Numbered from the stretch's first letter, positions 27,220 through 37,142 are shown. The stretch is DNA of 64,000 bases from Armatimonadota bacterium (GCA_046292385.1 JBKBRF010000007.1:1-64000), one strand, 5' to 3'. Numbers and translations: made by a program. The notes: generated from the letters alone by a model not told the origin.

Positions 27220-28728
27220 GTGGCTGGCAAGGTTTATCTGGTGGGGGCGGGCCCCGGCGACCCGGAGCTGTTGACGCTGAAGGGGAAGCGTGCCCTGGAG
27301 CAGGCGGACGTGGTGGTGTACGACCGCCTCGCCAATCCGCGGCTGCTGGAGCACGCGCGACCCGACGCGGAGCGCGTCTACGTCGGCAAAGAATCGCAGC
27401 GGCACCCGGTGCCGCAGCCGGACATCACCGCCCTGGTGGTGGAACGGGCGCGCGCCGGCCTCACCGTCTGCCGGCTCAAGGGCGGAGACCCGTTCATCTT
27501 CGGCCGCGGCGGGGAGGAGGCGGAAGCGCTCGCCGCCGCCGGCATCGAGTGGGAATATGTCCCCGGAGTCACCTCCGCAGTGGCGGTCCCCGGCTATGCC
27601 GGGATCCCGGTGACCTACCGGGGTCTCTGTGCTACCTTCGCCGTGGTGACGGCGCACGAGGATCCCACCAAGGGCCCGTCGACTATTCGCTGGGAGCAGC
27701 TGGCCGGCAGCGCCGACACGATGCTCTTCATGATGGGAGCGGAGCGCCTGCCGCTGATCGTGGAGAACCTGCTCCGTCACGGGCGCGCGCCGGAGACGCC
27801 GGCCGCGGTGGTGAGCCAGGGCTCGCATCCCACGCAGCGGGTGATCAGCGGCACGCTCGGCACGCTCCTGGAGCGCTGCCGCGCCGTGAACTCCGAGCTC
27901 TCGGAGCTGGCGCCGGCGGTGGTGGTGGTGGGAGAGGTCGCCCGCCTGCGGGAGCGGCTCCGCTGGTGGGACAACCGGCCGCTGTTCGGCAAGCGGATCG
28001 TGGTGACCCGCCCGCGCGAGCAGGCGGAGGGTCTCGTGGAGGTGCTCGCGCAGGAAGGCGCCGAGCCGATTCTTTGTCCCACCATCCGCATTCAGCCGAT
28101 CCCCGACCCCGATCTGCGCGGCCTCGACCGGGGCTACGACTGGGTGGTCTTCACGAGTGTCAATGGGGTATACTCCGTCGCGAATGCCCTCCGTGTTGCC
28201 GGTGGAGACATCCGCCGCCTGGGCAGCGCCCGGATCGCCGCCATCGGCCCCGGAACCGCACACGCCGCCGAGGCGGCCGGGCTGCGGGTCGACTTCATCC
28301 CCTCCCGCTTCGTCGCGGAGCAGGTGGCGGAAGAGTTCCCGGAACCGGTGGCCGGGCTGCGGGTCTTGATCCCTCGGGCCCGCGAGGCTCGCGAGGTGCT
28401 TCCGGAGGTCTGGCGCTCGCAGGGGGCGGAGGTCGACGTCGTCCCCGTCTACGAGAGCGTCTCCGATAGCTCCGGATTCGCGGAGCTGCGGCAGCGGCTG
28501 GCGGAGGGCGGAGTCGATGCGGTCACCTTCACCGCCTCGTCAACCGTCCGCAACTTCGCGCGCGAGATCGCACCCAGCGAGCTAGGCCGGGCTGCGGTAG
28601 TATGCATTGGGCCGATCACGGCGGAAGCGGCGCGCGCGCACCGGTTTCCCGTGGACGCAGTGGCCGAGCCGTACACTATACCGGGACTGGTCGCTACCCT
28701 CCGGCGGCTCTTCCTCGGGAACGAATAA
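27220..28728 (+). CDS. cobA: Fused uroporphyrinogen-III C-methyltransferase and synthase (CobA-HemD); alternative start TTG 27184
   Basis: VYLVGAGPGDPELLT, RLKGGDPFIFGRGGEE, then VVTRP, VFTSVNG, FTASSTV. Confidence 0.93.
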   Translation: MAGKVYLVGAGPGDPELLTLKGKRALEQADVVVYDRLANPRLLEHARPDAERVYVGKESQRHPVPQPDITALVVERARAGLTVCRLKGGDPFIFGRGGEEAEALAAAGIEWEYVPGVTSAVAVPGYAGIPVTYRGLCATFAVVTAHEDPTKGPSTIRWEQLAGSADTMLFMMGAERLPLIVENLLRHGRAPETPAAVVSQGSHPTQRVISGTLGTLLERCRAVNSELSELAPAVVVVGEVARLRERLRWWDNRPLFGKRIVVTRPREQAEGLVEVLAQEGAEPILCPTIRIQPIPDPDLRGLDRGYDWVVFTSVNGVYSVANALRVAGGDIRRLGSARIAAIGPGTAHAAEAAGLRVDFIPSRFVAEQVAEEFPEPVAGLRVLIPRAREAREVLPEVWRSQGAEVDVVPVYESVSDSSGFAELRQRLAEGGVDAVTFTASSTVRNFAREIAPSELGRAAVVCIGPITAEAARAHRFPVDAVAEPYTIPGLVATLRRLFLGNE

Positions 28729-28738
28729 ACAGTCACGC

Positions 28739-29833
28739 ATGAGCTCCCCCGCGCCAGAGCCCCAGGCCCCCCACCTGGGGGCGATATCGTTTGCCGCCCG
28801 CGCCATGGCTGCCCACCCGGAGCCGCCGGAGGCGCTCTGGACCCTGATCTGCGCCCTGCGAGAAGATCTTCCGATCGATCGGGTGGGGGTCTTCCTCTTC
28901 GATCCGGTCAGCCGTCTTCTCGACCGGGTGGTCGGGATTGACCGCTACGGGGAGCGGGAGGACGCCGGAGATACGGTCGACGTCGACCGCAACCATGGCC
29001 CGCTGGCGCGCGTGGCCCGCGGCGAGCTTCCGTACGTGCACTCGGAGGACGCGCCGCGCGACTATCCCGCTTCCCGGTTCCAGGAAGGGGTGCGGGCGGT
29101 GATGGCGATCCCGATCATCGCCAGTGACGAGCTCCTCGGCGTGATCTCGGTAGACAACTGCCTCACCGCGCGCCCGCTCCCCGCCTCGCTGCTCGACCCG
29201 CTCTTCCTCTATGCCGGGCTGGCGGCGCTGCCCCTCTTCGCCCTGTATCAGAAGCGCGAGCGGCGGCGGACGGAAGAGGCGCGCCGCGCGATGCTGGGCG
29301 ATCTGCTCGCTTCGATCACCGGCGGGAAGATCCTGCTCTTCTCCACGGAAGAGCTCGACGCGGAGTGGCCGGGGCTGAACGAGGCGATCTACATCAGCCG
29401 CGCCGAAGACGTGAAGCGGGTGCGGGAGGCGGTCCACACCACCGCCCGGACGGCGGGGCTCCCGGAAGAGCGCGCGGCCGACCTCGGTCTCTGCGCCTCC
29501 GAAGCCGCCACCAACGCCCTCCTGCACGGCAACGGAGGCGCCGCCTCCGTAGAGGCCCACGACGGGACGATCCGCGTGCGGATCGCGGACCGCGGCCAGG
29601 GGATCCCGCTGGAAGATCTGCCCCAGGCGACCCTCAAGGCCGGCTGGTCGCGCCACCGTGAGGAAGGCAAGCGCACCCTCGGCCTCGGCTTTACGCTGAT
29701 CTACAAGACCGCCGACCGGGTTCTGCTCTCCACCGGCTCGGAAGGCACCACCGTGCTGATCGAGATGCGGGCCGGCAGCGAGCAAGACGAAGAAGCCGAG
29801 CTCCTCGAGTGGGGCGAGGCGATCAGCTTCTGA
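28739..29833 (+). CDS. GAF domain plus RsbW/RsbT-like anti-sigma kinase (HATPase_c_2)
   Basis: PIIASDELLGVISVDN (GAF); SEAATNALLHG, DRGQGI, LGLG, GTTV. Confidence 0.8.
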   Translation: MSSPAPEPQAPHLGAISFAARAMAAHPEPPEALWTLICALREDLPIDRVGVFLFDPVSRLLDRVVGIDRYGEREDAGDTVDVDRNHGPLARVARGELPYVHSEDAPRDYPASRFQEGVRAVMAIPIIASDELLGVISVDNCLTARPLPASLLDPLFLYAGLAALPLFALYQKRERRRTEEARRAMLGDLLASITGGKILLFSTEELDAEWPGLNEAIYISRAEDVKRVREAVHTTARTAGLPEERAADLGLCASEAATNALLHGNGGAASVEAHDGTIRVRIADRGQGIPLEDLPQATLKAGWSRHREEGKRTLGLGFTLIYKTADRVLLSTGSEGTTVLIEMRAGSEQDEEAELLEWGEAISF

Positions 29834-29836
29834 ATC

Positions 29837-29980
29837 GAGGGTGTAGCGTCTAGGCGGTAGCGTGTAGGGCTGGCGGAGGCGGCTTCGCCCCGCGATCGGC
29901 CCTGCGCTCGCCCGAAAGCACCGTCCACTCCGTCCCCGCGTGGCGCACCCGCAGCCGCAAAACCTAAACGCTACACCCTC
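29837..29980. repeat. TAGCG-family palindromic element
   Basis: 18-bp IR with one mismatch, GAGGGTGTAGCGTCTAGG/CCTAAACGCTACACCCTC. Confidence 0.65.
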
Positions 29981-29992
29981 AGGAGGGGGAGA

Positions 29993-31651
29993 ATGTCACG
30001 TTACGCCCTCGGCCTTGATTTCGGCACCGAGTCAGGCCGCGCACTCCTGGTCGACATTTCGGACGGCCGCGAAGTCGCCACCGCCATCCACCCTTACCCG
30101 CACGGGGTGGTGGACGAGCAGCTTCCGGACGGCGGCCCGCGGCTGGAGCCGGACTGGGCGCTCCAGGACCCGGACGACTACTGGGCGGTGCTGGAGGTGG
30201 TGGTGCCGGAGGTGCTGCGGCAGTCGGGCGCGTCCGCGGACGAGGTGATCGGAATCGGGGTCGACTTCACCGCCTGCACGCTGCTGCCGGTGCTGGCCGA
30301 CGGCACGCCGCTCTCCCGCCTGCCGGAGCACCGGCAGCAGCCGCACGCCTGGGGCAAGCTCTGGAAGCACCATGCCGCCCAGCCGGAGGCGGAGCGGATC
30401 AACGAGCTGGCGGCGGAGCGCGGGGAGTCGTTCCTCGCGCGCTACGGCGGTAAGACCTCCTCGGAGTGGCTCTTCGCCAAGGCGTGGCAGCTCCTGGACG
30501 AAGCCCCGGAGCTGTACGACCGCGCGGAGCGGCTGGTGGAAGCCGGCGACTGGCTGGTGTGGCAGCTCACCGGCCGGGAAGTCCGCAGTGCCTGCCAGGC
30601 CGGCTACAAGGGGATGTGGAGCCGCTCCGAGGGCTATCCGTCCGCGGAGTTCCTGGCGGCGCTACACCCGCGCCTCGCCTCCCTGCCGGAAGAGAAGCTC
30701 CGGGGCGAGGTGCTTCCGGTCGGCGCCCGCGCCGGAGAGCTGACCGAAGCGGCCGCGCGGCGGCTGGGGCTGCGTCCCGGGACCGCGGTCGCCGTCTCCC
30801 TGATCGACGCGCACGCCGGCGTGCCCGCGGCCGGCGTCTCCGGCCCCGGAAAGATGCTCCTGATCCTCGGCACCTCCTGCTGTCACCTGGTGCTCGGCCA
30901 GGAAGAGAAGAGCTTCGAGGGGATCGCCGGCGTGGTGCAGGACGGCATCCTCCCCGGCTTCCTCGGCTACGAGGCGGGGCAGCCGGCCACCGGCGACATC
31001 CTCGCCTGGCACACGCGGCACGCGCTCCCCGCGGCCTACGCGCGGGAAGCGGAAGACCGCGGAGTCAGCCCGCACCAGGTGCTGGTGGAGAAGGCCGCCA
31101 CGCTGCGCCCGGGGGAGACCGGCCTGCTCGCGCTCGATTGGTGGAACGGCAACCGGAGCGTGTTGATGGATGCCGACCTCTCCGGCGCGCTGATCGGCCT
31201 GACGCTCGATACGCGCGCCGAGGATATCTACCGCGCGCTGATCGAGGGAACCGCCTTCGGGACCCGCGCGATCCTGGAGAACTTCGCGCGCAACGGCGTG
31301 GAGGTGGAGGAGATCATCGCCGCCGGCGGCCTCTCGGAGAAGAACGAGCTGCTGATGCAGATCTACGCCGACGTCACCGGCCGCCCGATCCGCCTCGCCC
31401 GCAGCGGGCAGGCCTGCGCCCTCGGCGCCGCCATCCTGGGGGCGGTCGCCGCCGGAGAGGCAGACGGCGGCTACGGCGACCTCCCCACGGCGGTGGAGCG
31501 AATGGGCGGCGTGAAAGAGCGCTGCTACACCCCCGACCCGGCCGCGCACGAGCTCTACAGCCAGCTCTTCCGGGAGTGGATGCGCCTCCACGACTACTTC
31601 GGCCGCGGCGGCAACGAGGTGCTCAAGACGCTGCGGGCCTTGAGGGGGTAG
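29993..31651 (+). CDS. araB: Ribulokinase
   Basis: GLDFGTESGRA, GVDFTACT, KLWKHHAAQ, LDWWNGNRS. Confidence 0.92.
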   Translation: MSRYALGLDFGTESGRALLVDISDGREVATAIHPYPHGVVDEQLPDGGPRLEPDWALQDPDDYWAVLEVVVPEVLRQSGASADEVIGIGVDFTACTLLPVLADGTPLSRLPEHRQQPHAWGKLWKHHAAQPEAERINELAAERGESFLARYGGKTSSEWLFAKAWQLLDEAPELYDRAERLVEAGDWLVWQLTGREVRSACQAGYKGMWSRSEGYPSAEFLAALHPRLASLPEEKLRGEVLPVGARAGELTEAAARRLGLRPGTAVAVSLIDAHAGVPAAGVSGPGKMLLILGTSCCHLVLGQEEKSFEGIAGVVQDGILPGFLGYEAGQPATGDILAWHTRHALPAAYAREAEDRGVSPHQVLVEKAATLRPGETGLLALDWWNGNRSVLMDADLSGALIGLTLDTRAEDIYRALIEGTAFGTRAILENFARNGVEVEEIIAAGGLSEKNELLMQIYADVTGRPIRLARSGQACALGAAILGAVAAGEADGGYGDLPTAVERMGGVKERCYTPDPAAHELYSQLFREWMRLHDYFGRGGNEVLKTLRALRG

Positions 31652-31668
31652 GGAGCTGTCCGAACCTC

Positions 31669-31924
31669 AAAGGGGATAAGGGGATGGGTTGGGGATAAGG
31701 GGGATGGACCGCCAACCGAACTTAGCTCCTACTCCGACTCAGTTCGGCTGAACCTGTCTCTCGGACACAAGGGGATGGATTCAGGGCGGAGTTCAGAGTG
31801 CGGAGTGCAGAGGACCGGACCCACCGTAACATTGCAGTTCGGGAATCCGCACGCCGCCCTCTGCCCTCATCCCTTTGCCCTTCTAACATCCCCCTATCCC
31901 CAGTAACATCCCCTTATCCCCTTT
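31669..31924. repeat. Composite palindromic element: GGGGATA outer arms with GAGTGC units inside
   Basis: Perfect 18-bp IR 31669-31686/31907-31924. Confidence 0.7.
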
Positions 31925-31954
31925 TCTTACACTTCCACTCCATCGTTATTCCCA

Positions 31955-32680
31955 GTGCATCGCTTCTACGTGAACGCTCACCTCACGGAGGCCGGGGAGC
32001 TGGTCTCGCTGCCGAAGGAGGTGGCGCACCAGCTCTCCCGGGTGCTGCGCCTGCGTCCCGGCGCGAAGCTGATGCTGTTCTGCGGGGACGACCACGAGTG
32101 CGAGGCGGTGCTGGAGACGCTAAGTCCCGGCGCGGCGACTGCCCGCCTCCTCTCCCGGCACGCCCCGGGGACGGAGCTCTCCTGCGGGCTTCACGTGGCG
32201 GTCTCCGCCCTGAAGGGCGAGAAGCTCGACTGGACCGTCCAGAAGCTGACGGAGCTGGGGGCGGCCCGCATTACCCTGATGCAGACCGAGCGGACCATCG
32301 TCGCGCCGGGCGAGGAGCGCTGGTCGCGCCGGCTGGAGCGCTACGCCCGCATCGCGCAGGAGGCGGCGGAGCAGTCCGGACGGGTCCGGCTGCCGCAGGT
32401 GGCAGGCCCCCTCACCCTGGCACAGGTGCTGGAGGCGGAGCGCGAGACCCGGCGCCTCTTTCTCGATCCCTGGGGATCGTCCACCCTTGCCCAGGCGCTA
32501 CAGCCGGCGCCGGAGCGTCTCACCCTGCTGATCGGGCCGGAAGGCGGCTTCTCGGAGGCGGAGACCGCGCTGGCGCGGGAGCAGGGCGCGGAGCCGGTCC
32601 GCCTCGGCACCCGCACTATGCGGGCGGAGACCGCCGCCCTCGCCGCCGCCGCCGCCGTGGTGCTGGCCGTCGACTCCTGA
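31955..32680 (+). CDS. rsmE: 16S rRNA m3U1498 methyltransferase
   Basis: HQLSRVLRL, QKLTELG, EAAEQSGR, IGPEGGFS, MRAETA. Confidence 0.95.
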   Translation: MHRFYVNAHLTEAGELVSLPKEVAHQLSRVLRLRPGAKLMLFCGDDHECEAVLETLSPGAATARLLSRHAPGTELSCGLHVAVSALKGEKLDWTVQKLTELGAARITLMQTERTIVAPGEERWSRRLERYARIAQEAAEQSGRVRLPQVAGPLTLAQVLEAERETRRLFLDPWGSSTLAQALQPAPERLTLLIGPEGGFSEAETALAREQGAEPVRLGTRTMRAETAALAAAAAVVLAVDS

Positions 32681-32911
32681 GTGGCTCGAGCGGCGTCGCT
32701 GCTCGCCCGGCGCGCTTGACGACGGCGACTTCACCCGAGAAAAGGGCCGCGCAAGGATGCTGTCGGCAAGTCAGCGAGCAGGTGGATCCCCGGCAGCCGG
32801 GAGCGCACGGGCAGAGCAGACGAGGCAGGAGTTCCGACCGGCGGTGTCTGACGGCTTCCGGGGCGCGGATCTCCCTACCTCCGGCCAGTCCGGCCGCGCC
32901 CTCTCATCGCC

Positions 32912-33358
32912 ATGGTCAAAGTCGTCGTCATTCACGGGCCGAACCTGAATCTCCTGGGGCTCCGGGAGCCGGAGGTCTACGGCGCGCTCAATCTGGAGCA
33001 GATCAACGAGCGCATCACGGAAGTCGCCCGCGCCGAGGGAATTGAGGTGCGGATCAGCCAGTCGAACCTGGAAGGCGAGATCATCAACGCCATCCACGGC
33101 GCGCTCGACTGGGCGGACGCCATTCTCATCAACCCCGGAGCCTATACTCATACGTCGGTGGCGATCCGCGACGCGATCACCGCGGTGCGGCTGCCGACCG
33201 TCGAGGTGCACATGAGCAACGTCCACCGGCGGGAGAGCTTCCGCCACCACTCGTACGTCAGCCCGGTGGTGGTCGGGCAGATCGTCGGCTTCGGGCCGGA
33301 CAGCTACCTGCTGGGGCTGCTGGCGGCAAAGCGGACGGTAGAGGAGATGCGACGATGA
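32912..33358 (+). CDS. aroQ: Type II 3-dehydroquinate dehydratase
   Basis: GPNLNLLGLREPEVYG, INPGAYTHTS, EVHMSN..RE.FRH. Confidence 0.96.
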   Translation: MVKVVVIHGPNLNLLGLREPEVYGALNLEQINERITEVARAEGIEVRISQSNLEGEIINAIHGALDWADAILINPGAYTHTSVAIRDAITAVRLPTVEVHMSNVHRRESFRHHSYVSPVVVGQIVGFGPDSYLLGLLAAKRTVEEMRR

Positions 33359-34434
33359 CCCCGCGCCTTCAGCGGCTGCGCCAGGTGCTCGCCGAGAAGG
33401 AGCTCCGCGGCGCGCTGATCACCGATGCCGGCCACGTCGGCTATCTTTCCGGCTTCACCGGCAGCACCGCCGCGCTGCTGGTGCTCCCGGAGCGCGCCGT
33501 GTTCATCACCGACTCCCGCTACACTGCCCAGGCGGCGCGGGAGTGCCCCGGCTTCGAGCTGGCGCAGACCAGCTCCGGCGGCACCTACCAGGACGCCATC
33601 GCGGAGAAGGCGAAGGAGCTCGGCGCAACCGAGCTGGCGATCGAAGGCGACCTGGTCACCGTCTCGCAGCTCGAGAAGCTGAAGGAGAAGCTGGAGGGCG
33701 TGGAGCTGAAGCCGGTGGAGGGGCTGGTGGCGGAGCTCCGGCGGATAAAGGACGCCGAAGAGCTCGCCAGCATCCGCGTGGCCTGCGGGATCGTCGACCG
33801 CTCCTTCGAGTTCATCCTCGGGCTGCTCCGGCCGGGCGTCTCCGAGCGGGAGATCGCGATCGAGCTGGAGTACTTCATGAAGAAGTCGGGCAGCGAGAAG
33901 GAGGCCTTCGACACGATCGTCGCCTCCGGGCACCGCTCCGCCCTGCCGCACGGACGCGCCTCCGAGAAGCTGCTGGAAGCGGGCGACTTCATCACCTTCG
34001 ACTTCGGCGCTCGCGTCGGCGGCTACCACAGCGACCTCACCCGCACCGTGGTCCTCGGCTCCGCCACCGAGCGGCAGCGGGAGGTCTACGGCGTAGTGCT
34101 GGAAGCGCAGCTCGCGGCGCTCGACGCGATCCGCGCCGGTGCCGAGGGGAAGGCGGTCGACGCGGTCGCCCGGGAGATCATCGCCGGCCGCGGCTTCGGA
34201 GAGAACTTCGGCCACGGCCTGGGGCACGGCCTGGGACGCCACGTCCACGACCACCCCGCGCTCTCCCCGCTCTCCACCGTCACGCTGGAGCCGGGGATGG
34301 TGGTGACCGTGGAGCCTGGCGTCTACCTGGACGGCTGGGGCGGGGTCCGCATCGAGGACGACGTGGTGGTCACCGAGACCGGCTGCGAGATCCTCACCTC
34401 CGCGCCCAAGCAGTTGATCGAAGTCCCCGTGTAA
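33355..34434 (+). CDS. Xaa-Pro peptidase (M24 family)
   Basis: YLSGFTGS, TDSRY, SDLTRT, HGLGHG, TVEPG, GVRIED. Confidence 0.93.
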   Translation: MTPRLQRLRQVLAEKELRGALITDAGHVGYLSGFTGSTAALLVLPERAVFITDSRYTAQAARECPGFELAQTSSGGTYQDAIAEKAKELGATELAIEGDLVTVSQLEKLKEKLEGVELKPVEGLVAELRRIKDAEELASIRVACGIVDRSFEFILGLLRPGVSEREIAIELEYFMKKSGSEKEAFDTIVASGHRSALPHGRASEKLLEAGDFITFDFGARVGGYHSDLTRTVVLGSATERQREVYGVVLEAQLAALDAIRAGAEGKAVDAVAREIIAGRGFGENFGHGLGHGLGRHVHDHPALSPLSTVTLEPGMVVTVEPGVYLDGWGGVRIEDDVVVTETGCEILTSAPKQLIEVPV

Positions 34435-34544
34435 GGCGTTTCGTGCTTCGGGCGCCGAAGCTCCGCAGGGAAGGGGGTAGACTTTACCCCCTTCGTGGGC
34501 ATACTCACCTATCGCCGTCCGCGCCGCGGAGGGGGAAAGCGGAG

Positions 34545-35324
34545 ATGTCCAGTCACCACACCACCGACTGGCGCGTCGCCCGGGACGTCGCCGAGTACGG
34601 GTGGCACACCATCGGGATCGAGGAGGATGAGGAGGGGCCTCCGTTCGCCTACTCCGTCGGCTTCGTCCGCACGCTCGGCCACCCGGAGGTGCTGGTCGCG
34701 GGCCTGGAGCCGCACCTGGGGCACGACATCCTCTCCACCATCGCCGCGGAGGTGCGGGAAGGGCAGCAGTTCGAGCCGGAACGGGAGTACGAGGAAATCC
34801 TGGACGGGTTCCTCTGCGCGTTCAAGCGGGTCGACCCACAGTTCTACGCCCGTTTCCTCGGCTGCGGCCTGCGGTACTACCAGCGAGAGTTCCCCTGTCT
34901 CCAGTGCGTCTGGCCGGATAAGCTGGGCCGCTTTCCCTGGAACGAGGGCGCGCCGCCCTGGTTCCGCCTGCGGCAGCCGCTCCTCTGCTGCGATCTGGTC
35001 CATCTCTCCCACTGCCGGGAGTTCTGCCACCTGGACGATCCGGACTGGCCGTTCCCGCCCCCGCGCCGGGCTCGGGTGCGCACCACCGGAGCGATCGCCA
35101 GCGGCGGTGAGTGCGCGCGCTGCGTGGTCCACGGCGTCGCTCGGGACGACTGGCGCTTCCTCCCCGATCCGTCGGCGCGGCTCCGGGACGCGATCGAAAT
35201 CTCGCTGTCCGAGCTGGTCACGCGCGATCCCTCGCTGACGTCACTGGCCGACCTGCCGCCCGAGTGGATGGCCTGGCGAGAGGCGCCGGGCAGCCCCTGG
35301 CGCCGCGCCCCGTTTGACGAGTGA
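34545..35324 (+). CDS. DUF4262-domain protein with a C-terminal immunity-like domain
   Basis: PFAYSVG..HPEVLVAGL..QCVWPD..GRFPW; tail DDWRF..DPSL..LADLP.W.AWR. Confidence 0.72.
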   Translation: MSSHHTTDWRVARDVAEYGWHTIGIEEDEEGPPFAYSVGFVRTLGHPEVLVAGLEPHLGHDILSTIAAEVREGQQFEPEREYEEILDGFLCAFKRVDPQFYARFLGCGLRYYQREFPCLQCVWPDKLGRFPWNEGAPPWFRLRQPLLCCDLVHLSHCREFCHLDDPDWPFPPPRRARVRTTGAIASGGECARCVVHGVARDDWRFLPDPSARLRDAIEISLSELVTRDPSLTSLADLPPEWMAWREAPGSPWRRAPFDE

Positions 35325-35325
35325 A

Positions 35326-35499
35326 TCGTATTCCGTATTGCGTATTGCGTAGCGGCGGGTTTCGTCCGCTCCGCCGTACGTCGTGCCGCGCGTGATGCTG
35401 CCTTCTGGTGTCCATTGACCCGGGGGCGCTTCGCCCGGCAAGACGTCCACGCAGAGCGGCAGCGGCTGAACGCTACGCAATACGCAATACGGAATACGA
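35326..35499. repeat. Miniature palindromic element, CGTATTG family, copy 2
   Basis: Perfect 29-bp terminal IR 35326-35354/35471-35499. Confidence 0.85.
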
Positions 35500-35604
35500 C
35501 CTCCGTTTCCCCCACGGCATGTTCCGGGTACAAGCGGGCGTCGGCCGGCGGGAAGGCCCGCACCGGAAGCGGGGTGTGCGCCGGCGAACGCAAGGGAGGC
35601 GAGG

Positions 35605-35865
35605 ATGGACCTGCTTGGATTTCTACTGCTGCTGGTGGTGGCGGCCGTGGCGGGCGCCTGCGGGGAGCTGATCGCGGGCGGAAAGGTGCCGGGCGGCATG
35701 CTCGGGTCGATGGTTGCCGGCCTGATCGGCGCCTGGATCGGCGGCATGCTGGTGCGCGTGGGGCCGGTGCTCTGGGGGATCCAGATCATCCCGGCGATCC
35801 TCGGCGCGGCGATCTTCGTGCTGATCCTGCGGCTGCTGACCTCCAGCCGCCAGCGCATGACGTAA
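35605..35865 (+). CDS. GlsB/YeaQ/YmgE family membrane protein
   Basis: GGMLGSMVAGLIGAWIG..IIPAILGAAIFV; GGAGG RBS. Confidence 0.85.
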   Translation: MDLLGFLLLLVVAAVAGACGELIAGGKVPGGMLGSMVAGLIGAWIGGMLVRVGPVLWGIQIIPAILGAAIFVLILRLLTSSRQRMT

Positions 35866-36026
35866 TCGTTCGAGCTCCGGCTCGATTGAGAGGCGGGTGC
35901 GGACCCTGGCATACGGTCCGCACCCGTCTCGCTGCGTACGGGCCGCCGGGCCGGGCGCCTCCACCGGCAGGAGTCCGCCCCGGTGCGGTACAACTTCCCG
36001 GCGGTGTTTCTCTGGAGGTTCAGCCC

Positions 36027-36857
36027 GTGCAGACGCAGTTCAAGACGATCCCGATGCAGGACGAGCTCGCGCAGATGGAGCGCAACCTGCGCTTCATCCC
36101 CAGCGAGGTGACCGATCCGCGCGTCCTCACCCGCGAGCAGGTGGAGAGCTACAACCGGGACGGCTACCTCAAGCCGCTGCCGGTCTTCTCGTCGGAGGAG
36201 ATCGCGGAGCACCGGGGCTATCTGGACGACCTCCTCGCCCGCGTGCTCGCCGCCGGCGGCAGCAGCTACTCGATCAGCACCGCCCACCTGAAGCACGGCC
36301 AGGTCTACGACCTCCTCACCCACCCGCGCATCGTCGCCTACGTGCGCGACCTGCTGGGTGAGAACGTCGTCGGCTGGGGCTCGCACTACTTCTGCAAGAT
36401 GCCGGGCGACGGGAAGGTGGTCCACTGGCACCAGGACGCCAGCTACTGGCCGCTGAACCCCTCCCGCACCGTCACCGTGTGGCTCGCCATCGATGACGCG
36501 GACGTGGAGAACGCCTGCATGCGCTACATTCCCGGCTCGCACCACCACGGTCACCTGACCTACCGCCTGACGGAAGAGACGGAGGACGCGGTGCTGAACC
36601 AGGAGGTGGAGAACGCGGAGCGGTACGGGGCGCCGGTCGACGTGGAGCTGAAGGCCGGCGAGATCTCGATGCACAGCGACCTGCTGCTCCACGGCTCCCG
36701 CGCGAACGAATCGAGCCGCCGGCGCTGCGGCCTGACCCTCCGCTACTGCGCCGCGGAAGTGCGCGCCGGGCTCGACTGGAACCTGAAGGGCGTCGTCGTC
36801 AGCGGCAGCGACCCGTCCGGCCACTGGGCCAACCCGCCCCGCCCCGAGAACGACTGA
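36027..36857 (+). CDS. PhyH family dioxygenase
   Basis: WHQDASYW, WLAIDD..ENACMRYIPGSH, HGS..N..RRCG; GGAGG RBS. Confidence 0.9.
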   Translation: MQTQFKTIPMQDELAQMERNLRFIPSEVTDPRVLTREQVESYNRDGYLKPLPVFSSEEIAEHRGYLDDLLARVLAAGGSSYSISTAHLKHGQVYDLLTHPRIVAYVRDLLGENVVGWGSHYFCKMPGDGKVVHWHQDASYWPLNPSRTVTVWLAIDDADVENACMRYIPGSHHHGHLTYRLTEETEDAVLNQEVENAERYGAPVDVELKAGEISMHSDLLLHGSRANESSRRRCGLTLRYCAAEVRAGLDWNLKGVVVSGSDPSGHWANPPRPEND

Positions 36858-36924
36858 GTTCCTGACCCATTACGCCCGTTCGGATCGGCGGTCGGTTGGG
36901 TAGAAGTCGAGCCGGAGGGTAGAG

Positions 36925-37035
36925 ATGTACTACTTCGGCTCGCTGGGGTTCATGATCCTGGGCTTCCTGGCGCTCGCGGTGCTCATCGTCGGCGCGGGCC
37001 AGGTAGCCCGGATGTTCCGCTCCCGCCGACGGTAA
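36925..37035 (+). CDS. Small single-TM protein (36 aa, absent from the ORF track)
   Basis: GGAGG RBS; MYYFGSLGFMILGFLALAVLIVGAGQVARMFRSRRR; core-like codon usage. Confidence 0.6.
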   Translation: MYYFGSLGFMILGFLALAVLIVGAGQVARMFRSRRR

Positions 37036-37062
37036 GCCGGCCGGCGAAAGCCACAGAAAAGC

Positions 37063-37134
37063 GTTACAGGTTGCAGGCTCGTCCCCGGGAGAGGGGTTCG
37101 AAACCTGCAACTTGCTAACTTGCTAACCTGAAAC
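37063..37134. repeat. CAGGTTG/AACCTGC family element; relatives at ~38875, 45764, 48398, 51457 and 61470
   Basis: Heptamer tandems on both arms; GGGGTTCG(A/G)AACCTGC shared in inverted form with the ~51480 copy. Confidence 0.75.
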
Positions 37135-37142
37135 GCGCGAGA

